Shown piece after piece: positions 213,501 through 223,282 of a stretch of DNA of 248,000 nt. Source of the stretch: Hyalangium minutum (GTDB lineage Bacteria > Myxococcota > Myxococcia > Myxococcales > Myxococcaceae); assembly GCF_000737315.1 (NCBI RefSeq), contig NZ_JMCB01000002.1:20001-268000 (forward strand), read 5' to 3'. Both the position numbers and the translations under genes were made by a program. The notes below the pieces were generated by a model. The model made no database searches. It saw only the letters and a list, made by a program, of their open reading frames with translations, and was not told the origin of the DNA. How positions within the stretch are numbered: position 1 is the stretch's first letter; the number at the start of each line of letters is the position of its first letter.

Positions 213501-216192
213501 AGGAAATGTAGACCCTACTCCTGTCAGCTACACCTGGGATGTGGACACAGAGGCGCCGGACACTGCAATCGAGCAGAAGCCCTCCAATCCCAGCAACAGC
213601 GCGCGAGCCACGTTCACCTTCAGTGGGCAGGGAGGCGCCGTAGGCTTCGAGTGCAGCTTGGACTCTGCGCAGTTCGCGCCCTGCACAAGTCCCTGGCAGT
213701 CCCCGCTTCTGGCAGAGGGGAATCACACGTTCGCGGTCAGGGCCAAGGATGCCGCAGGCAACATCGATCCTTCACCTGCCACCTATACCTGGCGAGTGGA
213801 TACGCAGCCACCAGACACATCGATTGATCAAAAGCCTCCTAACCCCGATAACAGGACGAGCGCTACGTTCACCTTTGCGTCCAGTGAGGCTGGGAGCAGC
213901 TTCGAATGCAGCCTCGACGATGGGGAGTACGCGAGCTGCACCAGCCCCTTGACCTACTCGGTTCCAGAGGGAAGCCACATCTTTGCGGTGAGGGCCAAGG
214001 ATGCTGCGGGCAATGTGGACGACTCTCCTGCGACTTATACCTGGCGGGTGGACACTGGCGCTCCAGACACGGCGATCGATCAGAAGCCGCCCAATCCCAG
214101 CAACAATGCGAATCCAACCTTCACGTTCACCTCCACGGAGCCCGGCAGCAGCTTCGAGTGCAGCCTGGACTCAGGGCCGTTCGCAGCATGCGCCAGCCCA
214201 GTGGTCTTCCACGTTTCCGAGGGAAGCCACTCGCTCTCTGTGAGGGCCAAGGATGGGGCGGGCAACGTTGACCCTTCTCCTGCCACCTACCCGTGGGTGG
214301 TGGATCTCACTCCGCCAGACACGGCGATTGAGGCGCCGAGACCGCGCAACCCTACCAATGAGACCAGTGCCACCTTTCGCTTTTCGGGTGCTGGAGCGGA
214401 AGGGAAGTACTATTGCAAACTCGATGAGCAGGTGTACGCAGACTGCTCATCGGGCACTATCACCTACGATGCGCTGAGCCAGCGGGTGCACACTTTCTCT
214501 GTGTATGCCAAGGATGCTGCAGGCAATGATGATCTGCAGAACCCAGCCACTTACATCTGGGAGGTCGATACAGAGCCCCCTGAGACAGTGATCGAGGAGG
214601 CAAGCAAGCCGCCCAATCCCACCAGTCTGCTCAGCGCCACGTTCCGCTTCTCGGGAGCTGGACCTGGCGGACACTACCAGTGCTCGCTCGACTCGCAGTC
214701 GTACGTCGGCTGTGACTCGGGAACCATCACCTTCTCGCCGTTGAGCAATGGTGAGCATTATTTCAAGGTCTTTGCGATTGATGCCGCAGGGAATGCAGAT
214801 GCGAGCCCCGCAGAGTACCGGTGGGTGGTGGACTCGAGCCCGCCTGAGACCGTCATTCTGGAAGTCACGGAGGCGGGTGGCATTGCTGCGAGGAACCCCA
214901 CCAACTCAAGGAGTATGAAGTTCCGCTTCTCGGGAGCGGATGCACCCGGAGGATATCGGTGCCGCCTCGAGTCTCCCACCTCTCCAGGAAACTTCAGCCC
215001 CTGCGGTACAAGATTGGGTACCGGCACTGGGACTGCTGGCATCGAGGAGTATGTGAACTTGGGTGCCGGCCGCCATGTCTTCTCTGTCTATGCAGTCGAT
215101 GCCGCAGGCAATGAGGACCCGAGTGCTGCTACCTATGAGTGGGTGGTGGATCTTCAGCCTCCCGTCACCACCATCACGAATCCAGCGACCAACGCTGCGA
215201 AGCTCTGGCGTACCAATCAGACATCACCTGTCTTCAGGGGTACCTCCGAAATGGGGAGCAGGGTGGTGCTGCAGATCGACGGACTGGGCACGGATACTCA
215301 ACAAATGGGGAGCAGCGGGAATTGGGAACTGACTACCCGACATGTCTTGGCAGAGGGTAAGCACGTCGTGCGTGTGGTCGAAGCGACCGATGCGGTCGGC
215401 AATACGTGGACTCCGTCGAGCACTTCGCCACTGCCTAGCGACTCGGCATTCGAGTTCTGGGTGGATACGACTCCGCCGCAGACCGCGATTACTCAGAAAC
215501 CTCCCGAGATTCACAATTCCATCAGTGTTCTTTTCAATTTCAGTGACCCAACCGAGGAGGACGGGTTGAGTACAACGTTTGAGTGCAAGGTCGTCGCTCA
215601 GCACCTTGAGAAAGAGTTTGAGAGCCCTTGCCTTGGCGAGCAGCCTTACAACCTCGCGAACATCTTCGAGATCGCGAACGACAACATCAAAGCTGTGAAT
215701 GGGACGTATACCATCTTCGTAGCCGCGAGAGATGAAGCGGGAAATCTGGACGAGACTCCTGCTTCCTATGCGTTCACTGTCATTGTTGAGCCGCCTGATG
215801 CTCCTCAGATCAAGAAGCCAGCCAATGGCGATGAAATCTACGACCTGAACCCCAGTGTCTCGGGGAACACCATCCCGAATGGAAGCGTGGAGTTTTTCCT
215901 GGATGGCAAGAGCATGGGGTCCAAGAAGGCGGATGCGGCAGGAGTGTTCACGTTCCGGTTCGCTGACCCCTTGGAAGAGAGAGCCCACGAGCTGCGAGCC
216001 TCGGTAACGGATCTGGCCAGCAATCCAAGCCCTCAATCGCAGCCGATTACCTTCACAGTGTTCGCGCCCAAACCCGTGGCTGAGGCAATTGGGGGTGGAT
216101 TGGGCTGTGCCGCCTCCACCGCGGAGCCGTGGCTCGTGCTCCTGGGACTCTTCGCGGGAGGAGTCTTGCGCTCACGCCACCGCCGGCGCTGA
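210595..216192 (+). CDS. AgmC-like surface protein with Ig-like repeats and MYXO-CTERM
   Basis: LGTGRDGAL N-terminus, about 10 PPDT..FECSLD..DAAGN repeats, GGGLGC + TM + RRR. Confidence 0.85.
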   Translation: MRRSCSLMSLVALVFWASTSAAEPDTLGLGTGRDGALIVTEPRTVINRYAQVTVPLATGDTVLFVSSTEGFAAGDLIMVLQTTGIVPEPAQGAPGPISLSTDPVGRWELARVSFAERQELKLGAPLLYSYAGLVTQVIRIPEYTDVKVVAGASLVAAPWDGSQGGVLAFLAKGLIQNEGTLQASGVGFRGGLVLEEFAGFAGCAALPASVRPGAGRGEGISSLDFGVWATGLENASNGGGGGLCPRAGGGGGGNGAAGGRGGDSLVYGDSARNIGGKGGAGLVYSLTDHLTLGGGGGQGYGGGRHSQGGAGGGAIFVRGYRLAGSGSILADGAAGDDATQGGAGGGGAGGSVYLRFVDSAECGFISASGGNGGSSSAGIAEDGGAGGGGGGGRLLYQAASTGACPMSVEAGLAGGVAGTISGIVTNAQPAASQLVAHRGIITRLETEFEQFANCTLNAPVFTTPVNNGYVNAQLKVTGSVSGYGSNAKVRIYVGSDLAGDATPNSGTWSYTFAVGVLEDARQYTIKAIGVCGSNSEESSNATSINVTVDTAVPQIGWVTRPSDPSPELRPTLSFNTGNQEVSVRYTCTLDGSAGFGCGVGTTGQVVSYTVAGTLLDGSRHTFTVRGTDEADNPTNGSLSYSWTVIYPSDTVIDPPRPPDPTNVTAAAFSFHATKAGATLECRLDESAWAACTSPKSYSALADGRHTFEVKAMLGSIEDTSPASYSWVVDTESPDTRIEQKPNDPTNSTRATFTFSSPEEGCSFECSLNGGVYTSCPSPWTSPELADSRHTLSVRARDAAGNIDPSPATYSWLVDSTPPNTVFDQKPTNPSNVTRPTFAFSASETGSSFVCSLDSAAFTPCTSPVTTPLLAEGSHTFAVKATDALGNTAASATTYTWVVDITPPDTILGDKPTNPSNEPRPRFTFSATETGSTFECRMDQGLYVTCSSPWTAPSLTDGSHTFEVRATDAAGNVDPTPVSYTWDVDTEAPDTAIEQKPSNPSNSARATFTFSGQGGAVGFECSLDSAQFAPCTSPWQSPLLAEGNHTFAVRAKDAAGNIDPSPATYTWRVDTQPPDTSIDQKPPNPDNRTSATFTFASSEAGSSFECSLDDGEYASCTSPLTYSVPEGSHIFAVRAKDAAGNVDDSPATYTWRVDTGAPDTAIDQKPPNPSNNANPTFTFTSTEPGSSFECSLDSGPFAACASPVVFHVSEGSHSLSVRAKDGAGNVDPSPATYPWVVDLTPPDTAIEAPRPRNPTNETSATFRFSGAGAEGKYYCKLDEQVYADCSSGTITYDALSQRVHTFSVYAKDAAGNDDLQNPATYIWEVDTEPPETVIEEASKPPNPTSLLSATFRFSGAGPGGHYQCSLDSQSYVGCDSGTITFSPLSNGEHYFKVFAIDAAGNADASPAEYRWVVDSSPPETVILEVTEAGGIAARNPTNSRSMKFRFSGADAPGGYRCRLESPTSPGNFSPCGTRLGTGTGTAGIEEYVNLGAGRHVFSVYAVDAAGNEDPSAATYEWVVDLQPPVTTITNPATNAAKLWRTNQTSPVFRGTSEMGSRVVLQIDGLGTDTQQMGSSGNWELTTRHVLAEGKHVVRVVEATDAVGNTWTPSSTSPLPSDSAFEFWVDTTPPQTAITQKPPEIHNSISVLFNFSDPTEEDGLSTTFECKVVAQHLEKEFESPCLGEQPYNLANIFEIANDNIKAVNGTYTIFVAARDEAGNLDETPASYAFTVIVEPPDAPQIKKPANGDEIYDLNPSVSGNTIPNGSVEFFLDGKSMGSKKADAAGVFTFRFADPLEERAHELRASVTDLASNPSPQSQPITFTVFAPKPVAEAIGGGLGCAASTAEPWLVLLGLFAGGVLRSRHRRR

Positions 216193-216213
216193 GCCAGGCG
216201 GAGACACACGGTC

Positions 216214-218001
216214 ATGCATAGTGAGAAGTATCAGCTGATCCAAAAACTCGCGACCGGCGGCATGGCCGAGGTGTTCCTCGCCAAGTCCGCCGGTCCCATG
216301 GGCTTCGAGAAGTCGCTCGTGGTCAAGCGCATCCTGCCGCACCTGGCCACCGAATCCTCCTTCGTGGACATGTTTTTGTCCGAAGCCCGGCTCGCCGCTC
216401 AGCTCAATCACCCGAACATCGTCCAGATCTTCGATTTCGGCGAGGCGGACGGCACCTACTTCATCGCGATGGAGTACATCGATGGGGTCAACCTGAGAGA
216501 GGTCATCCGGCGCGCTGGCGCAGTGGGCCTCGTTCTACCCCTCGCGTTTTGCGCCCGCGTCATCTCCGCCGCCTGCGAAGGGCTCGCCTTTGCCCACGAC
216601 TGCATCGACCCGGCCACGAACCTGCCGATGAACATCATTCACCGCGACATCAGCCCAGACAACATTCTGCTGTCGCGCCAAGGCTCGGTGAAGGTCGTGG
216701 ACTTCGGCATCGCCAAGGCCGCGGGTGTGAGCCCCCACACCCAGACGGGCGTCCTCAAAGGCAAGCTGGCGTACATGCCGCCTGAGCAGCTGCGCAATGA
216801 GCCCTTGGATCGCCGCGCGGATGTCTACGCGTTGGGCATTGTCCTCTACGAGCTGCTCACAGGGTTCAAGCCCTTCAGGGCTTCCTCCGAGGCCGCTCTG
216901 CTCCAGGCCATCCTCTCCGAGCCTGAGGTCCCCGTCGAACAGCGCCGGTCTGATGTGCCAGAAACCCTCCAACGCATCCTCTCTCGGGCCATCTCCAAGG
217001 ATCGCGAGAAGCGCTACCCTGACTGCCCCTCCTTTCAGGCGGATCTGGAGGCGTTCATCGTCGAGTTCATTGTCTCGACCGGTAAACCCATGGGCGCCTC
217101 GCAGATGGCAGGCATCGTCGCCATGATGGCGACCGCCGAGAGTGTATCCCCTTCGCCTCAGAAGACGACGAGTCTCCCCCGGTCTCCTTCCAAGCTCATT
217201 CAGTCCCAGCCGCAGCCCGAGTCTTCCTCGGCCGCTGCAGTGAGGCCTGTCACCGATCTTGCTCCGCTGCAAGAGGTCCTGCAGCCCGAGGTGCACGGGC
217301 CCAGGGATGAGCGGACTACGGTGGCTCGTCCCTCGAGGCTTTCTCCCAAGGTTCCCCATCCGCACGACAAGGAGACGGCCTGGGTCGCGCTCGTGGGCGT
217401 CCTGTTGATCCTGATAGGGGGCGGGTACCTGAGCCGACGGCTTCTCGCGGGGGGCCCACCTCGGGAACCGGTCTCTCTTGCTCCCGCTGGGCCTACCGTT
217501 TCTGTGTCCGTCATGGCTCCGGGAGAGGCTCACGGAGGTGAGGCCCTTCCTGCGACGACTCCGCAAGCGTCAGATGGGGGGACATCTTCGCCAGCGCTGA
217601 AAGACGTCCTGTCCAGCAGCGGCACGGATGAGCACAGCCAATCGATTGCGTCCGCAGGAATGGACGTCTCCCAACCGCCAGGTCCGGTTTTGCGGGATGC
217701 AGGAGTTGCTGCGTCTGGTAGAGGTTCTTCCTCACGGGGGGAGGTCAAGCCTCCTGAGAAGCCTCGCACTCAGGCTGTTGTCGTGGGACAGGGCTCCCTG
217801 GATCTGCTGGTCGTTCCCGAGGCCATGCTGTTCCTCAATGGATGGCAGATGGGGCTGACCCGGAAGGCTTCCTTCCCGCTCGACGCGGGCAAGTACACCT
217901 TGAAGCTCGTCAACTCAAAGCTTCAAAAGAAAGTAGAGCGGGAGATTCTGGTCACCGCAGGCCAGACCACCCAGATCGACATCAATTTGTTGGAACAGTA
218001 A
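216214..218001 (+). CDS. Ser/Thr kinase with TM
   Basis: HRDISPDN, DFG. Confidence 0.92.
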   Translation: MHSEKYQLIQKLATGGMAEVFLAKSAGPMGFEKSLVVKRILPHLATESSFVDMFLSEARLAAQLNHPNIVQIFDFGEADGTYFIAMEYIDGVNLREVIRRAGAVGLVLPLAFCARVISAACEGLAFAHDCIDPATNLPMNIIHRDISPDNILLSRQGSVKVVDFGIAKAAGVSPHTQTGVLKGKLAYMPPEQLRNEPLDRRADVYALGIVLYELLTGFKPFRASSEAALLQAILSEPEVPVEQRRSDVPETLQRILSRAISKDREKRYPDCPSFQADLEAFIVEFIVSTGKPMGASQMAGIVAMMATAESVSPSPQKTTSLPRSPSKLIQSQPQPESSSAAAVRPVTDLAPLQEVLQPEVHGPRDERTTVARPSRLSPKVPHPHDKETAWVALVGVLLILIGGGYLSRRLLAGGPPREPVSLAPAGPTVSVSVMAPGEAHGGEALPATTPQASDGGTSSPALKDVLSSSGTDEHSQSIASAGMDVSQPPGPVLRDAGVAASGRGSSSRGEVKPPEKPRTQAVVVGQGSLDLLVVPEAMLFLNGWQMGLTRKASFPLDAGKYTLKLVNSKLQKKVEREILVTAGQTTQIDINLLEQ

Positions 218002-218310
218002 GCCGGGCCTGCCTCAGGGCTCGTACTTCGGTGTGCTGATGACGACCGCGAACGGGTCCGGCCTCTCTCGCTTCTTCGTGAGGGTCCGGTTCTCCACTGC
218101 GACCTTGTGGTACGGCTCAATGCGCAGCCGCATCCCAAACACCCACCGGTTCTTCTCGGGCTCCGGCGCGGGTTGGCCGAAGGCCATCAGCTTCGTCGAG
218201 GAGTCGCTCATGGCTGACAACCTAGCACATCTTGAACGAGGATCCTACCCGCAGCGTTGAAAGGCCGCCCACCAGAGCAGGCGGTCTTTCCTGCTGGCAA
218301 AGCCAGAGCG

Positions 218311-218865
218311 CTACGCGCCGACAGCCGCGCCAGACAGAGGCAGAGCCTCGGAGAGGCGGCGCTTGCTCCACTTCACGCCCACCTGGGCCCGGTAGTCCGT
218401 GAACAGCGAGCCGATGATGGTGCTCACCCCCACCGCGACGTGGACGATGGCCGACAGCGGCGAGCGGCGCGCATAGCCAAACACGAAGGGCGAGGCGATG
218501 GCCGCCAGGCCCCACGCGTAGTCGATGAACTCATGCACCTCGATGGGGATGATCTTGCGCAGGCTCAGCCGGTAGTCGGTGAGCAGGGACACGCCCAGGT
218601 CCGCCATGCCCAGGGCCAGCCCCGCCGTGCAGGCCGGCTTGGCCGCGCCCATTGCCACGCCCAGCACCGTCAGGCCGTTGGCGTAGTCCAGCAGTGAGTG
218701 GATGTCCTGCGGAACGAACCGCTTGAAGGGAAGCACTCCGAACAGCGGCTTCGCGGGCGTCCCAGCTTCTGGTCCGCGAGACAGAGACCGGCGCATGGTG
218801 CGTTGCAAGGTGGGAGGAATCAGAGAACGCGCATCACGCGCGATGGGCAGATCGACCTCGGGCAT
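218311..218865 (-). CDS. SPW-repeat-like membrane protein
   Basis: Paralog of 53159. Confidence 0.55.
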   Translation of the reverse strand: MPEVDLPIARDARSLIPPTLQRTMRRSLSRGPEAGTPAKPLFGVLPFKRFVPQDIHSLLDYANGLTVLGVAMGAAKPACTAGLALGMADLGVSLLTDYRLSLRKIIPIEVHEFIDYAWGLAAIASPFVFGYARRSPLSAIVHVAVGVSTIIGSLFTDYRAQVGVKWSKRRLSEALPLSGAAVGA

Positions 218866-219074
218866 GAACCACCTCCGTTTGGGTGCGCCAAATGTAGGGA
218901 TGCCTCTTCCCTGAGACGTTCATGAGGGTGAGCCTGCCGGCTCACCGGGCGAGCACGGTGGGCTGGCGGGCAGGGGAGCGCAGGCCTGGGCCCCGACAAC
219001 GGTTCGCGGCATCTCCATCCTTCTGAAGTCAGGGCCTCTGGTGGGCCCTTCGTTCTCTCAAGCGAGGTCAGGTC

Positions 219075-219275
219075 ATGCTCGTTGTCTGGTCCGCACTGTT
219101 GGGCGTCCTCATCTTCATGGGCATCATCGTGGTCACCCTGGTGTTCGGCGCCGCAGCGCACAGGGCTGAAAAGAAGGAACTGCTCCGGTCCGAGACCGAG
219201 CGGCTCGCGGGGCTGGATGGGGATGTCACCGCCGAGACCCCCCATCCCATCCACGATCGCTACGTCGAGGCCTGA
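219075..219275 (+). CDS. small membrane protein
   Basis: N-terminal TM. Confidence 0.45.
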   Translation: MLVVWSALLGVLIFMGIIVVTLVFGAAAHRAEKKELLRSETERLAGLDGDVTAETPHPIHDRYVEA

Positions 219276-219294
219276 GGCCCCAGGTGGCAGGGCC

Positions 219295-220083
219295 TCACCG
219301 CGGGCGCGAGCTGTAGTAGCGCCGCAGCCAGCGGCTGAGGCCATCCAGGCCCGGGAAGAGGACGCGCTCTGTCACGTTGGCCTGGTCCAGCTTGTCCCGG
219401 ACCTCCCACTTCAGCGAGGCCGGGACGATGAGCCGGTGGACGCCTCGCTTCTGGTTCTCGAGGAAGGCGTCCAGCCGCAGCAGCGGGCCGTTCATCACCG
219501 AGAACAGCGCGAACTGGTTCACGATGCGGTCGTCCAGCGAGGGCGGCTCCAAGAAGAGCACGAAGGGGTGCTTCGTCAGCCGGTCGAACACGGACAGCTC
219601 TCTCGCCACCGACGCGAGCATCTCCGCCGTGAAGACGTCCGCGCCCTCTTCCCGGAGCTGGGCCTGCAAGGGTTTGGGCAGCAGCCGGTTCGTCTGGTGG
219701 TAGTCCACGCACCACACCACCCCGTCCGTGTCGTACAGCTCCGGGTCCTCCGTCAGGAAGTGGAGCGCCACGTAGGGGCTGAACGTCCAGTCCAGAAGCC
219801 GCGTCGGCAGTCCGTGATGCTGCGCCAGCGCCAGCCAGTCCCAGACCGACGCGCAGGGCTGGGTGCCTCCGCGCGCGTACTTGCGAAAGGCGCGCAGCAG
219901 ATCCTTCTCGTGCGCGGCGAAGTCCCCCTCGTGGCGGTTGAGCGAGGTGGAGAGGTCATGCCTCGCGTTCGGTACCCCGCGGAAGGCAAAGCTCGGCCGG
220001 AACCTTCGCAGGCCCTCGTTCCATGAGCCCGCGAAGAGCGCCTCCTGCAGCTCGAGCCAGCTGTTGACGCGTTCCTCTTTCAC
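219295..220083 (-). CDS. FRG domain protein
   Basis: FRG, LAQHHGLPTRLLDWT. Confidence 0.92.
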   Translation of the reverse strand: MKEERVNSWLELQEALFAGSWNEGLRRFRPSFAFRGVPNARHDLSTSLNRHEGDFAAHEKDLLRAFRKYARGGTQPCASVWDWLALAQHHGLPTRLLDWTFSPYVALHFLTEDPELYDTDGVVWCVDYHQTNRLLPKPLQAQLREEGADVFTAEMLASVARELSVFDRLTKHPFVLFLEPPSLDDRIVNQFALFSVMNGPLLRLDAFLENQKRGVHRLIVPASLKWEVRDKLDQANVTERVLFPGLDGLSRWLRRYYSSRPR

Positions 220084-220282
220084 ACCCTCCCCAGGTCCGA
220101 AGCTCTCGCTTCAATACTCACTCCCTGGGAGGCTTCACCAGCGCCTAGGTTCACGGGCGTGCACCACCCCACACGCTGCGCCTGCAGAGCGTGTGGCAGC
220201 GCACAGGCGCTTGGGCCTTTCAGGGTCCCTGGGTTCCCTCAAGCCCGAGGGTACGGCTGTTCGCCAGCCCCTTTTCGGGGGC

Positions 220283-220519
220283 TCAGGGCCGGCCTGAGTC
220301 CGCAGGCTGGTTGAAGGCGTAGGAGTCCGCGCCAGGAGCCTTGTCCTCGTGGAACAAGGGGCACTTGGCACAGGTGAAGCTGTCCCAGTCCTCCTTCACG
220401 GCGGCGTCCACGCAGGTGCTGTAGAAGCGGCAGTGGACGTTGCGGTGCTCTTCGATTCGGAACTGGTCGGCCCGCAATGGCAGGCGGAACGCAGTAGGTC
220501 GCGGCTGAGCGCAGGGCAT
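220283..220519 (-). CDS. small Cys4 protein
   Basis: HCRFYSTC...FTCAKC. Confidence 0.6.
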   Translation of the reverse strand: MPCAQPRPTAFRLPLRADQFRIEEHRNVHCRFYSTCVDAAVKEDWDSFTCAKCPLFHEDKAPGADSYAFNQPADSGRP

Positions 220520-220649
220520 GGTGAGTCACTCGTGGTTAGGTAGGCCCCCTCGTTTCACACGGACCAACGGCCGGTGCGTCGCGTCATTCCCGAGGAGGGG
220601 TGTCTTCCTCAACTGAATAACGCCGCCCATCCTTCCTGGCAGAGAGCGC

Positions 220650-221261
220650 TCAGGATCGGCGCCTGGCTCCCGCTTGCCGCGCCGCCTCCACGAACACCTC
220701 GTACGGCTGGCAGCCCACCACTCGGACGTTCCCGATGAAGAAGGTGGGGATGCCGCTCACTCCCGCAGCGCGGCCCTCGGCCTGCAGTTCATCCACCCGC
220801 GACTGATACTCAGGCGCATCCATGGCGGCGCTCGCCTGCTCGGCGGGCAGGCCTACCTGCTCGGCCAGCCGCGTCAGCACCTGCGGGTCTTCGAGGTCCG
220901 CGCCTTGCCGCCAGTACGCCTCCATGGCCGCATCGCGGAACTCCAGCAGCTTGCCGTGGGTTCGTGCCCACTCGGCCAGCGCGAGCGCCCGCCGGGTGTT
221001 GTTCAGCCGCAGGGGCAGCCGGATGCCGGTCACGCCAAAGCGCTGGGCGACTTGCGCCGCATGGGCTCGCATGCCCGCAGCGCGGCCCGGAAAGAGCTGT
221101 TCCATGTCGACACCCCCCCGAGGTGTCCGCGGGTTGAGCTCGAAACCCCGCCAATCCAGCTCTACGTCGTACTCTGTCTGCAGCCTGGCCAGGCTGCTCT
221201 GCTCCGCGATGAAGCAGAAGGGGCAAACGAAGTCCGAATACAGCCGGATGAGTGTGGCCAT
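220650..221261 (-). CDS. DsbA/FrnE family oxidoreductase
   Basis: SDFVCPFC, GIPTF. Confidence 0.9.
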   Translation of the reverse strand: MATLIRLYSDFVCPFCFIAEQSSLARLQTEYDVELDWRGFELNPRTPRGGVDMEQLFPGRAAGMRAHAAQVAQRFGVTGIRLPLRLNNTRRALALAEWARTHGKLLEFRDAAMEAYWRQGADLEDPQVLTRLAEQVGLPAEQASAAMDAPEYQSRVDELQAEGRAAGVSGIPTFFIGNVRVVGCQPYEVFVEAARQAGARRRS

Positions 221262-221385
221262 GGTGCCCTCCTCGATAGGTTGTCTCTTACTTTCGCCGTA
221301 TGGGCCCTGCCAATCCCGCTCCCAGAGCGGCCGGGCAAGACGTTCATTCCTTCACCCGGACCGCACTTTCCCTGAAGATGCGCCC

Positions 221386-223188
221386 GTGTTCACGCCTGCA
221401 TACCCCCCCCGTGTTCCCTCGCGCCGGCTCGCGGCGCTTGCGCTGTGCGCCCTGTTCGCCGTGGCGGGCTGTACCGCCTTTGGCCGTGCCGTGAAGGAGG
221501 GTGACCAGTTCACCACCGAGCACAAATGGGCCGAGGCCGAGGCCGCCTACCTGCGCGCGCTCGCCGCGGATCCCGACGCGTCCGAGGTGACGGTCAAGCT
221601 GCGCTCCGTGCGCAAGGAGTGGAGCAAGGAGACCTACGACCAGGCCCAGAGCGTCCACGCCACCGGCGATCTGCCCGGCGCCCAGAAGCTGCTGCTCCGG
221701 GCCCTGGAGCTGGATGGAGAGAATGAGCCCGCGCGGACGTTGCTGACGCAGACGCTGGACGCGCGCGTGGCCGCAGGGCAGGCGGCGCTGAAGGAGGAGC
221801 GGCTGCAGGATGCGCGCGCCGAGTTCGACGCGGTGTTGGCCGTCTCGCCGGACCACGTGGCAGCTCGCAAAGGTGTGGATGCGGTGCAGGTAGCCTGGGC
221901 CCGGCGCTGGTTCAAGACGGCCCAGCAGCTCGAGGAGAGCGGGAAGCTGGGCAACGCGCTGCTGGCGTACCTGCGCGCGGACCAGGAGCGCGTGGGTGCC
222001 ACCGCGGCCCGCGAGCGCGCCGAGGCCGTGCGTCAGAAGCTGCGCGATGAGGTGGCCTACCTGGTGGTGGCTACCCCCGTGGAGGACAAGGCTCAGGCGC
222101 CGGATGTGGCCCAGCGGCTGGCCGCTGGACGGCTGGCCTCGATGCTCCCCAAGGAAGTGCCCATCCGTGTGGTGACGGAAGCTCCCGAGTCCAAGGTGGG
222201 TGTGAAGCTGGACCTGACCCTGGAGCGGGTGCTGCCCCTCAAGGCCGTGGAGCCCTTCCAGAAGACCCAGCGGTATCTGGCTGGCAATCGCTCCGTGCCC
222301 AACCCCAAGCGCCGGCAGTTCGAGGACCGGCTGCTCAACGCCGAGCGCACGCTGGAGGAGGTGGAGCGCAAGCAGGCCGTGGCGCTGCGCGACTACCTGC
222401 GCCGGCAGGCGGAGCTGAACACCGTGCGCCAGACGGCCGAGCGCTGCCGCGAGCGCGAGCGCAAGACCTGCCTGGAGATCATCCAGCGGTGCGGCGAGGC
222501 CGTCCGGGAGGTGGAGCAGGCTGGGCAGGTGCCCGAGGAGTGCAACCCGACGGCGTGCGCCACCCGTCAGTGCGGCCAGGAGGAAGCACTGCTGGCTCAG
222601 AATGCTGCCGTGGTGCTGCAGTTGGAGAAGCAGTTGGACGCGAGCTTGGAGCAGAACGAGCAGCAGCGGCGTGAGGTCCAACGCGGCCGGGACACCATGT
222701 TCCGCGAGCCCATCACGGTGGAGGAGCCGATGTACTCGGACTTCGTCTACGACGTGGAGCTGCACCGGCTCACCGTGAAGGCCACGGTCACCTCCGTGCT
222801 TCGGGAGCTGATGTCGGCCCAGGCCCCGCCCGCACCGGTGACGCAGGACTATGAGGTGAAGCACGAGGACTCCAGCAACAAGGGCTATGACCGGTATGGC
222901 GTGCTGGCGGATCCGGTGCAGCTGCGCAACGAGCTGGAGCTGCGCGTGGAGGTGGGCGACACGGCCATGGCGGACCTGGCCCACCGCGTGATGGAGCGCT
223001 TCGACGCGTATCGCCAGAAGCGGGTGGAGGATGCGCGCCGCGGCATGGTGCGCCCCGGCGCCGAGGATGTGGTGGAGACGTCGGTGCGGGTGCTGCTGCT
223101 GACCGCGGACAAGCCGCCCTCGGACATCCTCCTGCCTGTGACCCAGGCTCGGGGCCTGCAGCGCCCAGAGTCCCTCTTCAACAAGTGA
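221386..223188 (+). CDS. TPR lipoprotein
   Basis: VAGC lipobox, TPR, coiled coil. Confidence 0.7.
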   Translation: MFTPAYPPRVPSRRLAALALCALFAVAGCTAFGRAVKEGDQFTTEHKWAEAEAAYLRALAADPDASEVTVKLRSVRKEWSKETYDQAQSVHATGDLPGAQKLLLRALELDGENEPARTLLTQTLDARVAAGQAALKEERLQDARAEFDAVLAVSPDHVAARKGVDAVQVAWARRWFKTAQQLEESGKLGNALLAYLRADQERVGATAARERAEAVRQKLRDEVAYLVVATPVEDKAQAPDVAQRLAAGRLASMLPKEVPIRVVTEAPESKVGVKLDLTLERVLPLKAVEPFQKTQRYLAGNRSVPNPKRRQFEDRLLNAERTLEEVERKQAVALRDYLRRQAELNTVRQTAERCRERERKTCLEIIQRCGEAVREVEQAGQVPEECNPTACATRQCGQEEALLAQNAAVVLQLEKQLDASLEQNEQQRREVQRGRDTMFREPITVEEPMYSDFVYDVELHRLTVKATVTSVLRELMSAQAPPAPVTQDYEVKHEDSSNKGYDRYGVLADPVQLRNELELRVEVGDTAMADLAHRVMERFDAYRQKRVEDARRGMVRPGAEDVVETSVRVLLLTADKPPSDILLPVTQARGLQRPESLFNK

Positions 223189-223282
223189 CCTGCTAGGTTG
223201 AGCCCCAGGGCCTCCTCGCTCGAATCTTCTCCCGTTCGCCAAACCGAACGTGTTAGGTAGGCCGCAGGAGGTCCTACCCAAC

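Noticed and set aside
212540-215200. Repeats in the AgmC-like gene as a mobile or regulatory array
   Set aside because: Ordinary divergent Ig-like coding repeats.
221386-223188. Assignment as the outer-membrane-exchange factor TraC
   Set aside because: Plausible from architecture but I cannot confirm identity without alignment; left unnamed.
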